A stretch of DNA of 52,310 nt. Source: Betaproteobacteria bacterium (lineage in GTDB: Bacteria; Pseudomonadota; Gammaproteobacteria; Burkholderiales; Ga0077523). The stretch covers positions 1-52,310 of the forward strand of contig JANMWG010000193.1 of NCBI GenBank assembly GCA_031393885.1, written 5' to 3'. The position numbers and the translations under genes were made by a program. Below are positions 1-9,158 of the stretch, one piece after another (the first letter of the stretch is position 1; each line of letters opens with the position of its first letter). The notes under the pieces are model-generated. The model saw nothing but the letters and a program-made list of their open reading frames with translations, was not told the DNA's origin and made no database searches.

Positions 1-332
1 CTCGGAAAGCGCGGTGAAGCGATCGGCGTGTCGTTGTAGTTCTGGTCGCCGAGCCGCGACACGTTGATCACTTCGGCGGTGAGCGAAAACCCGTGGAAGG
101 GCAGCGTCCGCCAGCCCGCGAGCAGCCGGTTGGTGAAGGCATTCGCATCCTCGCGCTTGCCGTCCTGCTCCACCGATTCATAGCGTGGCCGCACATTGAG
201 CAGCAGCTTGCCGCCGGTGACGGCTTCCAGCAGCGTCTCGGCCGGTTGTGGCTCCTGTGGCACTTCCGCAGCCATCGAAATCGAGGCAACAAGAGCCCCG
301 AGCAGGAGCAGGGCTCCCGTTTTTTCCAACAT
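1..332 (-). CDS. Alginate-export-family outer membrane beta-barrel protein, N-terminal part (runs off the window edge)
   Basis: Not in the ORF track; translated by hand as MLEKTGALLLLGALVASISMAAEV...GKLLLNVRPRYESVEQDGKREDANAFTNRLLAGWRT. It has a signal peptide, the family-typical R-x-R-Y-E start, and an AGGAGA RBS. Confidence 0.7.
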   Translation of the reverse strand, partial: MLEKTGALLLLGALVASISMAAEVPQEPQPAETLLEAVTGGKLLLNVRPRYESVEQDGKREDANAFTNRLLAGWRTLPFHGFSLTAEVINVSRLGDQNYNDTPIASPRFP

Positions 333-377
333 GATGTTCTCCTGAATCCATGTTCTCCTGAAGAGTGTGTGTCTGGC

Positions 378-713
378 TCAGATCTGCAGGTAGACGACAC
401 CTGCCTCGATCCTCACCGGATAGCGGCGTGTACAACCCTCGTCGGGCGCAATGGCGCAACCGTCTTCGAGACCGATGGACCAGTTGTGCAGGGGGCACGC
501 GACCTTGTGCCCGTAGACGATCCCCTGCGACAAGTGCCCGCCCTTGTGCGGACACTTGTCCGCCAGTGCGAACACCGTGTCGTCCTCCGCCCGGAACACG
601 GCGACATCGCCGTCGTCCGTGCGCAGGACCCGCGCGCCAAGGCGCGGAATGTCGGTGACGGCGCAGACGCTGCGCCATTTGCTGGTCGTTGCGACGCCCG
701 CGGGTGCATTCAT
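378..713 (-). CDS. nirD: Nitrite reductase (NAD(P)H) small subunit, Rieske-type
   Basis: C-terminal 111 aa of ORF 378..1970 with Rieske motifs CPHKGG and CPLHNW; AGGAGG RBS; directly follows nirB. Confidence 0.93.
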   Translation of the reverse strand: MNAPAGVATTSKWRSVCAVTDIPRLGARVLRTDDGDVAVFRAEDDTVFALADKCPHKGGHLSQGIVYGHKVACPLHNWSIGLEDGCAIAPDEGCTRRYPVRIEAGVVYLQI

Positions 714-826
714 GTTCTCGGCCTCCTGGTCCATCGGCGTGTCATCACCATCGCCTGGCCGGCCTCCGCCGGCACTCGCCTGACCGCCGATCCCCACGCT
801 GCGCGCGGGGCCCCTCGTCGGGTGGC

Positions 827-3286
827 TCATGCCGGCAACACCTCGAACTCCGGACGCGACGCGCGCGCCGCGATCTCGACCCACGGATCGCGCTCGTCCT
901 GCAACGCGAACAGCAGCCGCCGGTACAGGTCGCCGCGGCTCACCGCATCGTCCACCACCCGTGCCTTTACGTGCTCCATACCCACCCGCTGCACGTAATG
1001 CACGGTGCGGTCGAGATAGCGCGCCTCTTCGCGATACAACTGCAGGAACGCGCCGGTGTACTCGAGCACCTCTTCCCGGGTGGCCACCTTGCACAGGAAC
1101 TGCGCGACCTCGGTCTTGATGCCGCCGTTGCCGGCAACATAGAGTTCCCAGCCGGAATCGACGCCGATCACGCCCACGTCCTTGATGCCGGATTCGGCGC
1201 AGTTGCGCGGGCAGCCCGACACCGCCAGCTTGACCTTGTGCGGCGAGTACATCTTCCACAGCATCTTCTCGAGGTCGATCCCCATCTGGGTCGAATCCTG
1301 GACACCGAAGCGGCACCACTCGGAACCGACGCACGTCTTGACCGTGCGCAAGGCCTTCGCGTACGCATGCCCCGACGGCATGTCGAGTTCGCGCCAGACA
1401 TCGGGCAGGTCGGCCTTCTTCACGCCCAGCAGGTCGATGCGCTGGCCGCCGGTCACCTTGACCGTCGGGATGCGGTACTTGTCGACGACGTCGGCGATGC
1501 GGCGCAGCTCCGAGCTGTTGGTGACGCCACCGAACATGCGCGGCACCACCGAGAAGGTGCCGTCTTTCTGGATGTTGGCGTGGGCGCGCTCGTTGATGAA
1601 GCGCGACTGCGGGTCGTCGGTGAATTCCTTCGGCCAGGCGCACAGCAGGTAGTAGTTGAGCGCCGGGCGGCAGCTCGCGCAGCCGTTCGGGGTACGCCAT
1701 TCGAGCGTGCGCATCACCACCGGGATCGAGAGCAGATGCCGCTCGACGATCGCCGCCCGCACGGTCTCGTGGGTGAGATCGGTGCAACCGCACATCGGCT
1801 TGTTGGTGGTGTCGGCGGGCTGATAGGCGCCACCCACCGTGGAGGCGAGAATCTGTTCCACCAACCCGGTACATGACCCACAGGAGCTCGACGCCTTGGT
1901 GTGCTTGCGCACGTCGTCGAGCGTGAACAGGCCCTTCTCGGTGATGGCCTTGACGATGGCGCCCTTGCACACGCCGTTGCAGCCGCAGACCTCGGCGCTG
2001 TCGGCCATCGACGCGGCGCGGGTCTCGCCCTGGTGACCGGTGTTGCCGAGATGGTTTTGCCCGAACATGAGGTGGTCGCGGATCTCGGCGATGCTCTGGC
2101 GATCACGCATCAGCTGGAAGTACCACGCGCCGTCGGCGGTATCACCGTACAGCACGCTGCCGATGATGCGCTCGTCGCGGATCACGAGCTTCTTGTAGAT
2201 GCCGCCCATCGCATCCTGCAGCACGATCTCCTCGGTACCCTCGCCGCCGCTGAAGTCGCCGCCCGAGAACAGGTCGATGCCGGTCACCTTGAGTTTGGTC
2301 GAGGTGACCGAACCCTGGTAGCGGCCGATGCCGTATTGCGCCAGGTGATTGGCACACACCTTCGCCATCTCGAACAGCGGCGCCACCAGGCCATAGCTGG
2401 CACCACGATGCGACACGCACTCGCCGACCGCATACACGGCGGGGTCGAAGGTCTGCAAGGTGTCGTTGACGACGATGCCACGGTTGCAGTGCAGGCCGCA
2501 CGATTCCGCCAGCGTGGTGTTGGGCCGGATGCCCACTGCCATCACCACGAGGCCGGCCGGCAGTTCGTCGATGCTGCCGTCGGAACGCTTCAGCCGGATC
2601 GCGGCCACCCGGCCATCGCGACCGACGATTTCCTGCGTCTGCGCTTCGAGCGCGAACGCGAGCCCGCGCTCCTCGAGCGAGCGCTGCAGCATGCCGGACG
2701 CCGTGCGGTCGAGTTGCCGCTCCATCAGCCATGGCATCAGGTGCACCACGGTCACGTCCATGCCGCGCAGTCGCAGACCGTTGGCGGCTTCCAGGCCGAG
2801 CAGGCCGCCACCGATCACGATCGCGTGCCCGCTTGTCGACGAGGCGGCAATCATCGCTTCGGTGTCGGCGATATCGCGATAGCTGATGACGCCGCCGAGC
2901 GCCGCTCCCGGCACCGGCAGCATGAACGGATTCGAGCCGGTCGCGAGCAGGAGCCGATCGTAGTCGGCGACCGTGCCGTCGTCGGCGATGACGCGCTTCG
3001 CCCGGCGATCGATGCGCACGATGCGCTTGCCCAGATGCAGGTGGATGCCGTGCCCGGCGTACCACGCCTCATCATTGAGCATGATGTCGCTCAGGGTCAT
3101 CTCGCCCGCCAGCACCGGTGACAGCAGGATGCGGTTGTAGTTGGCGTGAGGCTCCGCGCCGAACACCGTGATGTCGTAGGTGTCCGGCGCGATCTTCAGC
3201 AATTCCTCGAGCGTCTTCACGCCTGCCATGCCATTGCCCACCAGCACCAGACGCCGCCGCATGTTCTTCGACTCTGCCATGTTCAT
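827..3286 (-). CDS. nirB: Assimilatory nitrite reductase large subunit
   Basis: FAD motif GNGMAG, NADH motif GGGLLG, two BFD-like Cys clusters, siroheme/4Fe-4S ligands CVGSEWC and GCPRNC; AGGAGG before the ATG at 3286. Confidence 0.96.
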   Translation of the reverse strand: MNMAESKNMRRRLVLVGNGMAGVKTLEELLKIAPDTYDITVFGAEPHANYNRILLSPVLAGEMTLSDIMLNDEAWYAGHGIHLHLGKRIVRIDRRAKRVIADDGTVADYDRLLLATGSNPFMLPVPGAALGGVISYRDIADTEAMIAASSTSGHAIVIGGGLLGLEAANGLRLRGMDVTVVHLMPWLMERQLDRTASGMLQRSLEERGLAFALEAQTQEIVGRDGRVAAIRLKRSDGSIDELPAGLVVMAVGIRPNTTLAESCGLHCNRGIVVNDTLQTFDPAVYAVGECVSHRGASYGLVAPLFEMAKVCANHLAQYGIGRYQGSVTSTKLKVTGIDLFSGGDFSGGEGTEEIVLQDAMGGIYKKLVIRDERIIGSVLYGDTADGAWYFQLMRDRQSIAEIRDHLMFGQNHLGNTGHQGETRAASMADSAEVCGCNGVCKGAIVKAITEKGLFTLDDVRKHTKASSSCGSCTGLVEQILASTVGGAYQPADTTNKPMCGCTDLTHETVRAAIVERHLLSIPVVMRTLEWRTPNGCASCRPALNYYLLCAWPKEFTDDPQSRFINERAHANIQKDGTFSVVPRMFGGVTNSSELRRIADVVDKYRIPTVKVTGGQRIDLLGVKKADLPDVWRELDMPSGHAYAKALRTVKTCVGSEWCRFGVQDSTQMGIDLEKMLWKMYSPHKVKLAVSGCPRNCAESGIKDVGVIGVDSGWELYVAGNGGIKTEVAQFLCKVATREEVLEYTGAFLQLYREEARYLDRTVHYVQRVGMEHVKARVVDDAVSRGDLYRRLLFALQDERDPWVEIAARASRPEFEVLPA

Positions 3287-3294
3287 TTTGCCTC

Positions 3295-3534
3295 CTATGC
3301 CGCCATTGAGGCCACCCGCGTCGCCGCCCGGGCGCCGCACGCGACCACCGCCCCGACGACGATGATCGCCGGACTGCGGAGATTCACCGCGGACGCCGCG
3401 GCTTCGAGATTCGCCAGTGTGCTGACCACGCTTTCCGGTCGCGGCGTGGTGCCGCTCTGTACGATCGCAGCCGGCATGTCGCCCGGGCCGGCACCGACCA
3501 GATACACCATGCCGGGATTCGCGATGGCGGTCAT
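3295..3534 (-). pseudogene. cobA: Internally deleted uroporphyrinogen-III C-methyltransferase (CobA/CysG-A), 79 aa
   Basis: N-terminal VYLVGAGPGD is fused directly to C-terminal PAAIVQSGTTP...SPAIIVVG; the catalytic core is absent. Confidence 0.85.
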
Positions 3535-6242
3535 ATCGCCACCGCCTTCGTCGCGGACAGCATTCGCTTGAGTTCGGGCACGCACGATCCGCATTGCGTG
3601 CCGCAGCGCAACCGCCATTGCAGTGCCGCGAGGTCGGCGCCCGCCGCGACCTCGGCCGCGATATCGCCCTGCGCCACATCGAGACAACTGCACACGATAC
3701 GGCCGCGGACGGCGACACCGAGCGGCGGTGTCGCCAATGGCGCCAGCATCCACGCGCGCAGGCTCGACGCATCGGCATGCGAAGCGACCAGTTCCTGCAA
3801 CCAGCGATGGGCCGCGTTCTCGCCACAAAGGCGGGCGCCGACCACGCGCTTGCCGTCGAGCAGGATGCGCTTGGAGATCCCGCGCCGGGCGTCGCGGTAA
3901 CTCATGGTCGCGCCGTCGTCGTCGAGCCCCAGTGCGGCGTCGAGTCTCGCGATCACCTGGTCCCGGGGCGCGGCGCTGCAGACCGCGCGAAACACCACCA
4001 CGCTGCGCTCACGGCCGGCCAAGCCGCAGTTGGCCGACGAAAACTCGCCCAGCAAGGACCTGAGGCGAGGCAGCATTTCGCCGGGGTTGCCGGCGCGCAT
4101 CGCGACCACGGACCACGCCAGTTCCAGCTTCTCGATCCGCACCGCGGCGTGCTTGTACTCCGGTTGGCGCGACACCGGATCGACCGCCTGCGTCGTCAGC
4201 GCGTTGATGCCGAGGCCACCGACGAACGCGCCGCCCCAGTGCATCGGCAGGAAAACCTGACCCGGACGCAGATCGTTCGACGCCTCGACCCCGATGCTGA
4301 TCGCGCCCCGACGGCTGGCGACCCGGACGCGGTCGCCGGTACGCACGCCGCGCCGCGCCATGTCCTCGGCGTGCATCGACAGCACCGGTTCCGGCGTGTG
4401 CGCATACAGGCGCGCCACCAGGCCGGTCCGGCTCATGCCATGCCACTGGTCGCGCAGGCGGCCCGTGGTCAGGTGCAACGGATAGTTCGCGTCGGTCGGC
4501 TCGGCGAGCCGGCGATGGCGGACAGCGACGAAGCGGGCGCGTCCGTCCGGCGTGGCGAACCGACCGTCGCCGTACAACCGTTCGAGTCCGCGCGTCGCAC
4601 CTGTCGGCAGCGGCCATTGCTGCGGGCCGGTGTGCTCGAGGCGAGCGTAATCGAGGCCGGTGATGTCCAGATCGCGACCGCGCGTGGTTTCACGATGCTC
4701 GTCGAAGATCTGCGCAGGCCGGGTATACGGGAACAGGCGCGGCGCATCCGTGCGCCCGAGACGATGGCCGAGGCGACGCCCGAAATCGGCGAAGATCTCC
4801 CAGTCGTTGCGTGCCTCGCCGGGCGCCACGACTGCGCGCCGCGTGCGCGTGATGCACCGTTCGGAATTGGTCTGGGTGCCATCCTTCTCGCCCCAGGTTG
4901 CCGCCGGCAACAACACGTCGGCATAGGCCGCGGTCTCGGTGGCCGCGAACGCTTCCTGCACCACCACGAACTCGGCCGCCTGCAGCGCCTCGCGCACTCG
5001 CGACTGGTGCGGCAGCGATTGCGCCGGGTTGGTGCAGGCGATCCAGATCGCCTTGACGCGCCGCTCCCGCAACGCCTCGAACATCTCGACGGCGGTCAGT
5101 CCGGGGCGTGACGGGAACGAGTCGATGCCCCAGAAGCGTGCCATCTCGTCCCGATCCGCGGCACTCGCCAGATCGCGATGCCCGCTCAGCAGCGTCGCCA
5201 TGCCGCCCACCTCGCGCCCACCCATGGCGTTCGGCTGTCCGGTGAGCGACAACGGCCCCGCGCCCGGCCGACCGACGTGACCGGTGGCGAGGTGCAGGTT
5301 GATCAGCGCGATGTTCTTGTCGGTGCCCTGCACCGACTGGTTCAGCCCCTGGCAGTAAAGCGAGAGCGTGGCCGGCGACCGCGCGAACAGGCGTGCCGCG
5401 GTCACGATATCGTCCACGGCAAGACCGCACAGACCGGCGACAGCACCCGGCGTGGTTTCGGCCACCGCGGCGCGAACCTCATCGAAACCGCTGGTGTGAT
5501 CACGGATGAACGCGTGGTCGGTGAGGCCTTCCCAGAGCATCACGTGCAGCATCGCGTTCAGCAGGGCGACATCGGTGCCGGGCAACAGGGCGAGATGCAG
5601 GTCGGCCACGGCGGCGGTGTCGGTCCGGCGTGGATCGATCACGATCAGCTTCACGCCCGGATCGGCCTGGCGCGCCTTCTCGATCCGGTGAAACAGGATC
5701 GGATGGGCGCAGGCCGTGTTCGAGCCGGCGATGACGATGCAACTCGCCTGCTCGATGTCGGCATAGCAGGCGGGAGGGGCATCGGCACCGAGCGTGGCCT
5801 TGTAGCCCATCACCGCCGACGACATGCACAGACGTGAGTTGGTATCGATGTTGTTGGTGCCGACCAGCGCCCGCGCCAGCTTGTTGAACACGTAATAGTC
5901 TTCGGTGAGCAACTGGCCCGAGCCGTAGAACGCCACCGCGTCGGGGCCGTCGCGCTCGATGATCGTGGCGAAGCGCTCGACCGCGAGCTGCAATGCGTCG
6001 TCCCACGATGCCCGCTGCCGGTCATCGCCGCGCGCACGGCGCAACTGCGGATGCAGCAAGCGGCCGTCGCCAGTCGCCGACAGATGCAGGGTCGACCCCT
6101 TGGAGCAGAGCCGCCCGAAGTTCGCCGGATGGTCGGGATCACCGCGCACCCCGGTGATGCGTGCACCGTCGGACTCGATGATCACGCCACAGCCGACACC
6201 GCAGTAGCAGCAGGCCGACCGGGTTTCATTCAAGGCATGCAC
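3531..6242 (-). CDS. nasA: Assimilatory nitrate reductase catalytic subunit (Mo-bisPGD)
   Basis: CCYCGVGCG 4Fe-4S motif, NSRLCMSS, GQPNAMGGRE, LTTGRLRDQWH, C-terminal BFD-like CSC...CGTQCGSC. Confidence 0.95.
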   Translation of the reverse strand: MHALNETRSACCYCGVGCGVIIESDGARITGVRGDPDHPANFGRLCSKGSTLHLSATGDGRLLHPQLRRARGDDRQRASWDDALQLAVERFATIIERDGPDAVAFYGSGQLLTEDYYVFNKLARALVGTNNIDTNSRLCMSSAVMGYKATLGADAPPACYADIEQASCIVIAGSNTACAHPILFHRIEKARQADPGVKLIVIDPRRTDTAAVADLHLALLPGTDVALLNAMLHVMLWEGLTDHAFIRDHTSGFDEVRAAVAETTPGAVAGLCGLAVDDIVTAARLFARSPATLSLYCQGLNQSVQGTDKNIALINLHLATGHVGRPGAGPLSLTGQPNAMGGREVGGMATLLSGHRDLASAADRDEMARFWGIDSFPSRPGLTAVEMFEALRERRVKAIWIACTNPAQSLPHQSRVREALQAAEFVVVQEAFAATETAAYADVLLPAATWGEKDGTQTNSERCITRTRRAVVAPGEARNDWEIFADFGRRLGHRLGRTDAPRLFPYTRPAQIFDEHRETTRGRDLDITGLDYARLEHTGPQQWPLPTGATRGLERLYGDGRFATPDGRARFVAVRHRRLAEPTDANYPLHLTTGRLRDQWHGMSRTGLVARLYAHTPEPVLSMHAEDMARRGVRTGDRVRVASRRGAISIGVEASNDLRPGQVFLPMHWGGAFVGGLGINALTTQAVDPVSRQPEYKHAAVRIEKLELAWSVVAMRAGNPGEMLPRLRSLLGEFSSANCGLAGRERSVVVFRAVCSAAPRDQVIARLDAALGLDDDGATMSYRDARRGISKRILLDGKRVVGARLCGENAAHRWLQELVASHADASSLRAWMLAPLATPPLGVAVRGRIVCSCLDVAQGDIAAEVAAGADLAALQWRLRCGTQCGSCVPELKRMLSATKAVAI

Positions 6243-6309
6243 CCGCCGGGCCGCTCACTCCCCCATCGGGAGGTGGCGACCGCAGGAAGCTTGGTGAACG
6301 AAGGAGCGG

Positions 6310-6610
6310 CGGCACGTTGACCTGGCTCGCGGCCTCGCGGTAAAGCTCGACCTGATCGATCTTCGCCGCCATGGCCAGGTAGCCGGGGTCTGCCTTTCGC
6401 AGGCCCCGGCGCCGACGCTGGGTGGGGAACCACATCCCGTCCGACAGCCACGTGAAAGTTCACGGCACCGCCGATGCCCACCGGCACGCCATAGACCAGT
6501 CGGTACAGCACGTGGGCGGCATCGATCTCGCCGCCCGACTGGCGCACGAAATCACGACGTTGCGTGCTACCCGGGCTGGACTCCGCGCTGCCGGCCTGCT
6601 CTGTGGTCAT
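6310..6610 (-). pseudogene. nrtA: Collapsed nitrate ABC transporter substrate-binding protein (NrtA/NasF/CmpA family)
   Basis: Joined fragments: Tat-like QRRDFVRQ, GEIDAAHVLYRLVYGVPVGIGG, GAVNF, then a frameshift into WLSDGMWFPTQRRRRGLRKADPGYLAMAAKIDQVELYREAASQV. Confidence 0.8.
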
Positions 6611-6645
6611 GTTCGATATCCGAGGCTTCCACCGCCCGCGAGGGC

Positions 6646-6723
6646 AAAAAAAACGTCCTATCGGCCTGACTTTCAACTCGCACGAATGGACGCCTTTATC
6701 CGGCGATGCCACCGTCGTCGGCG
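6646..6723 (-). promoter_or_regulatory. ANTAR (NasT/NasR-type) dual-hairpin leader overlapping an intrinsic terminator
   Basis: Minus strand reads GCCGAC-GACGGT-GGC...GGAT-AAAGGC-GTCC, then a CGTCC...GGACG stem followed by a T8 tract. Confidence 0.8.
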
Positions 6724-6810
6724 ACACTGCCACCTGCTGTTACCTGCTCTACCGACGCGGCGACCTGACACCGCTTCACCTGTCGACCCGTCGTTTGGCA
6801 CTTCCCGGAT

Positions 6811-6826
6811 CGCAATCGGCGTGCCA
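6811..6826 (-). promoter_or_regulatory. Sigma54 (-24/-12) promoter of the nitrate assimilation operon
   Basis: Minus strand TGGCAC-GCCGA-TTGCG matches TGGCAC-N5-TTGC. Confidence 0.85.
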
Positions 6827-6913
6827 CTCGCTGCGCCGACAACACCAATCCGCTAAGTACCTGTAAGTACGAGAACAGATGCCCGGTAATCGACATTCCC
6901 GCCTATTGAAGTT

Positions 6914-6961
6914 TGCCCCATCGCAGTGCAGCACGATCGATCGATGCACCGGCAACAGGCG
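6914..6961. promoter_or_regulatory. Two putative NtrC binding sites (upstream activator sequence)
   Basis: TGCCCCAtcgCAGTGCA (6914-6930) and TGCACCGgcaACAGGCG (6945-6961) compared with TGCACCA-N3-TGGTGCA; about 90-135 bp upstream of the sigma54 site. Confidence 0.6.
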
Positions 6962-7158
6962 TTTTCGATCCGATCAATTCGGCCAGGCGGATCACTTGAA
7001 GGAGCATCGTGCGCGGGCTTGGCCGCCATCGGCCTCGGCATTCATCGCCGGCCGGCTCCACGGGGCGATTCACGCCGCCGTTCTGCACCTATGCAGCAGC
7101 GGCATCGGTCCGATTTTCGAGTTTCGGGTATGGTTAGGCCTCCGCACTGAAGGCGCGC

Positions 7159-8532
7159 ATGAACCAGCATTACAACCTGATCTGTATCGGTGGCGGCAGC
7201 GGTGGCGTCGCCACGGCGAACCGCGCCGGCTCCCACGGCGCGAAAGTGGCCCTGATCGAGGCCGACCGCCTCGGCGGCACCTGCGTCAATGTAGGCTGCG
7301 TGCCCAAGAAGATCATGTGGAGCGCGGCGCAGTTCGCCCACGCATTCGACGACGCCGCGGGCTATGGGTTCTCGGTGCCCGGCTATCGCTTCGACTGGGG
7401 AGCCCTGGTTTCGGCGCGCGACGCCTATGTTCGCGACCTGAATGCCGCGTATGGCCGGTATCTCGCCTCCAACCAGGTCGAGGTGATCCGGGGATGGGCA
7501 CGATTCGCGGGGCCGAACGCCATAGTCGTCGACGGCCGTGAAGTCACCGCCGACCAGATTCTCATCGCCACCGGCGGGCACCCGATCGCGCCGCCGATTC
7601 CCGGCGCGAACCTGGGCATCGACTCCAACGGCTTCTTCGCCCTGAAGCAGCAGCCGCGCCGACTGGCGGTGGTGGGGGCGGGCTACATCGCGGTCGAAGT
7701 CGCCGGACTGATGCAGGCGCTCGGTACCGCCGTGACGCTGTGCCTGCGCCGCGATCACTTTCTGCACGGCTTCGATCACATGCTGAGCCGGGCACTGATG
7801 ACGCAGATGCAGGCCGACGGCGTCGATATTCGGCTGCATCTGTTCCCGGCTGGAGTGGAACGCGACGGCGACGACCTGTACCTGATCGCCGGGGACGGCA
7901 TGCGCCACGGTCCGTTCGACACGATCCTGTGGGCGATCGGACGCCGGGCCAACACCGCTGCGCTCGATCTCGGCAGGGCCGGCGTGTTCGCGCACGAAAG
8001 CGGCGTCATTCCGGTCGATGCGTGGCAGGTCACCAATGTGCCCAACATCCACGCCGTCGGCGACGTCATCGGCCATCACGAACTCACGCCGGTGGCGATC
8101 GCCGCCGGGCGACGCCTCGCCGACCGGCTGTTCGGCGGCAAGCCCGACCGTCGCCTTGACTACGACCGTATTCCAACGGTGATCTTCAGTCATCCGCCGA
8201 TCGGCACCGTGGGTCTCACCGAGGGCGAAGCATTCGCTCGTCACGGTGCCGGCGCCAAGATTTACGAAACCAGCTTCACGCCGATGTACCACGGCTTCAC
8301 CGACCGGAAGGTGAAGATGTCGATGAAACTGGTCGTGGCCGGCCCCGACGAGACCGTCGTCGGTTGCCACCTGATCGGACCGGGCGCGGACGAGATGCTG
8401 CAGGGGTTCGGCGTTGCGGTGCGGATGGGCGCGACCAAGGCGAATTTCGACGACACCGTCGCGATCCATCCGAGCGCATCGGAAGAAATGGTCACCATGA
8501 AAACCGCTCGCCCCGCCCTGGCGAACACATGA
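7159..8532 (+). CDS. gor: Glutathione-disulfide reductase
   Basis: GGGSGG, redox-active [20 protein letters not shown]-terminal AIHPSASEE. Confidence 0.96.
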   Translation: MNQHYNLICIGGGSGGVATANRAGSHGAKVALIEADRLGGTCVNVGCVPKKIMWSAAQFAHAFDDAAGYGFSVPGYRFDWGALVSARDAYVRDLNAAYGRYLASNQVEVIRGWARFAGPNAIVVDGREVTADQILIATGGHPIAPPIPGANLGIDSNGFFALKQQPRRLAVVGAGYIAVEVAGLMQALGTAVTLCLRRDHFLHGFDHMLSRALMTQMQADGVDIRLHLFPAGVERDGDDLYLIAGDGMRHGPFDTILWAIGRRANTAALDLGRAGVFAHESGVIPVDAWQVTNVPNIHAVGDVIGHHELTPVAIAAGRRLADRLFGGKPDRRLDYDRIPTVIFSHPPIGTVGLTEGEAFARHGAGAKIYETSFTPMYHGFTDRKVKMSMKLVVAGPDETVVGCHLIGPGADEMLQGFGVAVRMGATKANFDDTVAIHPSASEEMVTMKTARPALANT

Positions 8533-8680
8533 CCCCCCCCAGGCTTGCTGCGCTTCGCCACCCCCGAGGGGGCGCAGTTCGCTTGGCGAGCTTCGGCCGG
8601 ACATGGACAGTCCCTGCGGACTGTCCGTGCCTGCAGAAGGACAGCGGACGCCGGCCGCTGGCGGCCCGGCGCTCACTGCT
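8529..8680 (+). repeat. Stop-codon-anchored structured repeat carrying the nested 68-bp module (8595-8662)
   Basis: ATGACCCCCCCCAGGCTTGCTGCGCTTCGCCACCCCCGAGGGGGCGCAG...; the module matches 31042-31109 and 38022-38089. Confidence 0.85.
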
Positions 8681-8753
8681 CCGATGCGGGCAAAAAGATC
8701 GTTCTGACGATTGCCGGCGCAAACCTTCACCGTTACCGATTCACCACCAGGAG

Positions 8754-9143
8754 ATGAGCATGGACATCGAACGCAAACACATCGGCAAGCGCCTTTCGCA
8801 GGTCGTCATCCACAACGACACCATCTACCTCGCGGGCATCGTCGCGAGCGACCCGGTCCCGGACGACGTCGGCGCCCAGGTCACCGACATCCTGCACCAG
8901 ATCGACCAGCACCTGAACGAAGCCGACAGCGATCGGTCGCGCATCCTGACAGCCACGATCTGGCTGGCCGACATGTCTTACTACACCGCGCTAAACGTGG
9001 TGTGGGATGCGTGGATCCCGGAAGGTCACACCCCGGCCCGCGCCTGTGTGGAATCGACGCTGGCCAACCCGAAATACAAGGTCGAGATCCGGGTGATCGC
9101 GGCGGTCGGGCACGGCGCGCACGGTAGCATGGGCATGGCTTAG
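8754..9143 (+). CDS. RidA/YjgF/UK114 family protein
   Basis: IYLAGIVA, ILTATIWLADM, LNVVWDAW, PARACV, KVEI; AGGAG RBS. Confidence 0.9.
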   Translation: MSMDIERKHIGKRLSQVVIHNDTIYLAGIVASDPVPDDVGAQVTDILHQIDQHLNEADSDRSRILTATIWLADMSYYTALNVVWDAWIPEGHTPARACVESTLANPKYKVEIRVIAAVGHGAHGSMGMA

Positions 9144-9158
9144 CCGCCTTTTCGCCGC

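Noticed and set aside
3287-3826. N-terminal 180 aa of the 999-aa NirB ORF
   Set aside because: Overlaps nasA and the cobA remnant in other frames; a strong RBS marks 3286 as the start.
7042-8730. Long antisense ORFs (for example 562 aa here, and 11164..13059, 25269..27092, 33506..35128)
   Set aside because: Shadow frames of well-supported genes in high-GC DNA; no recognisable motifs.
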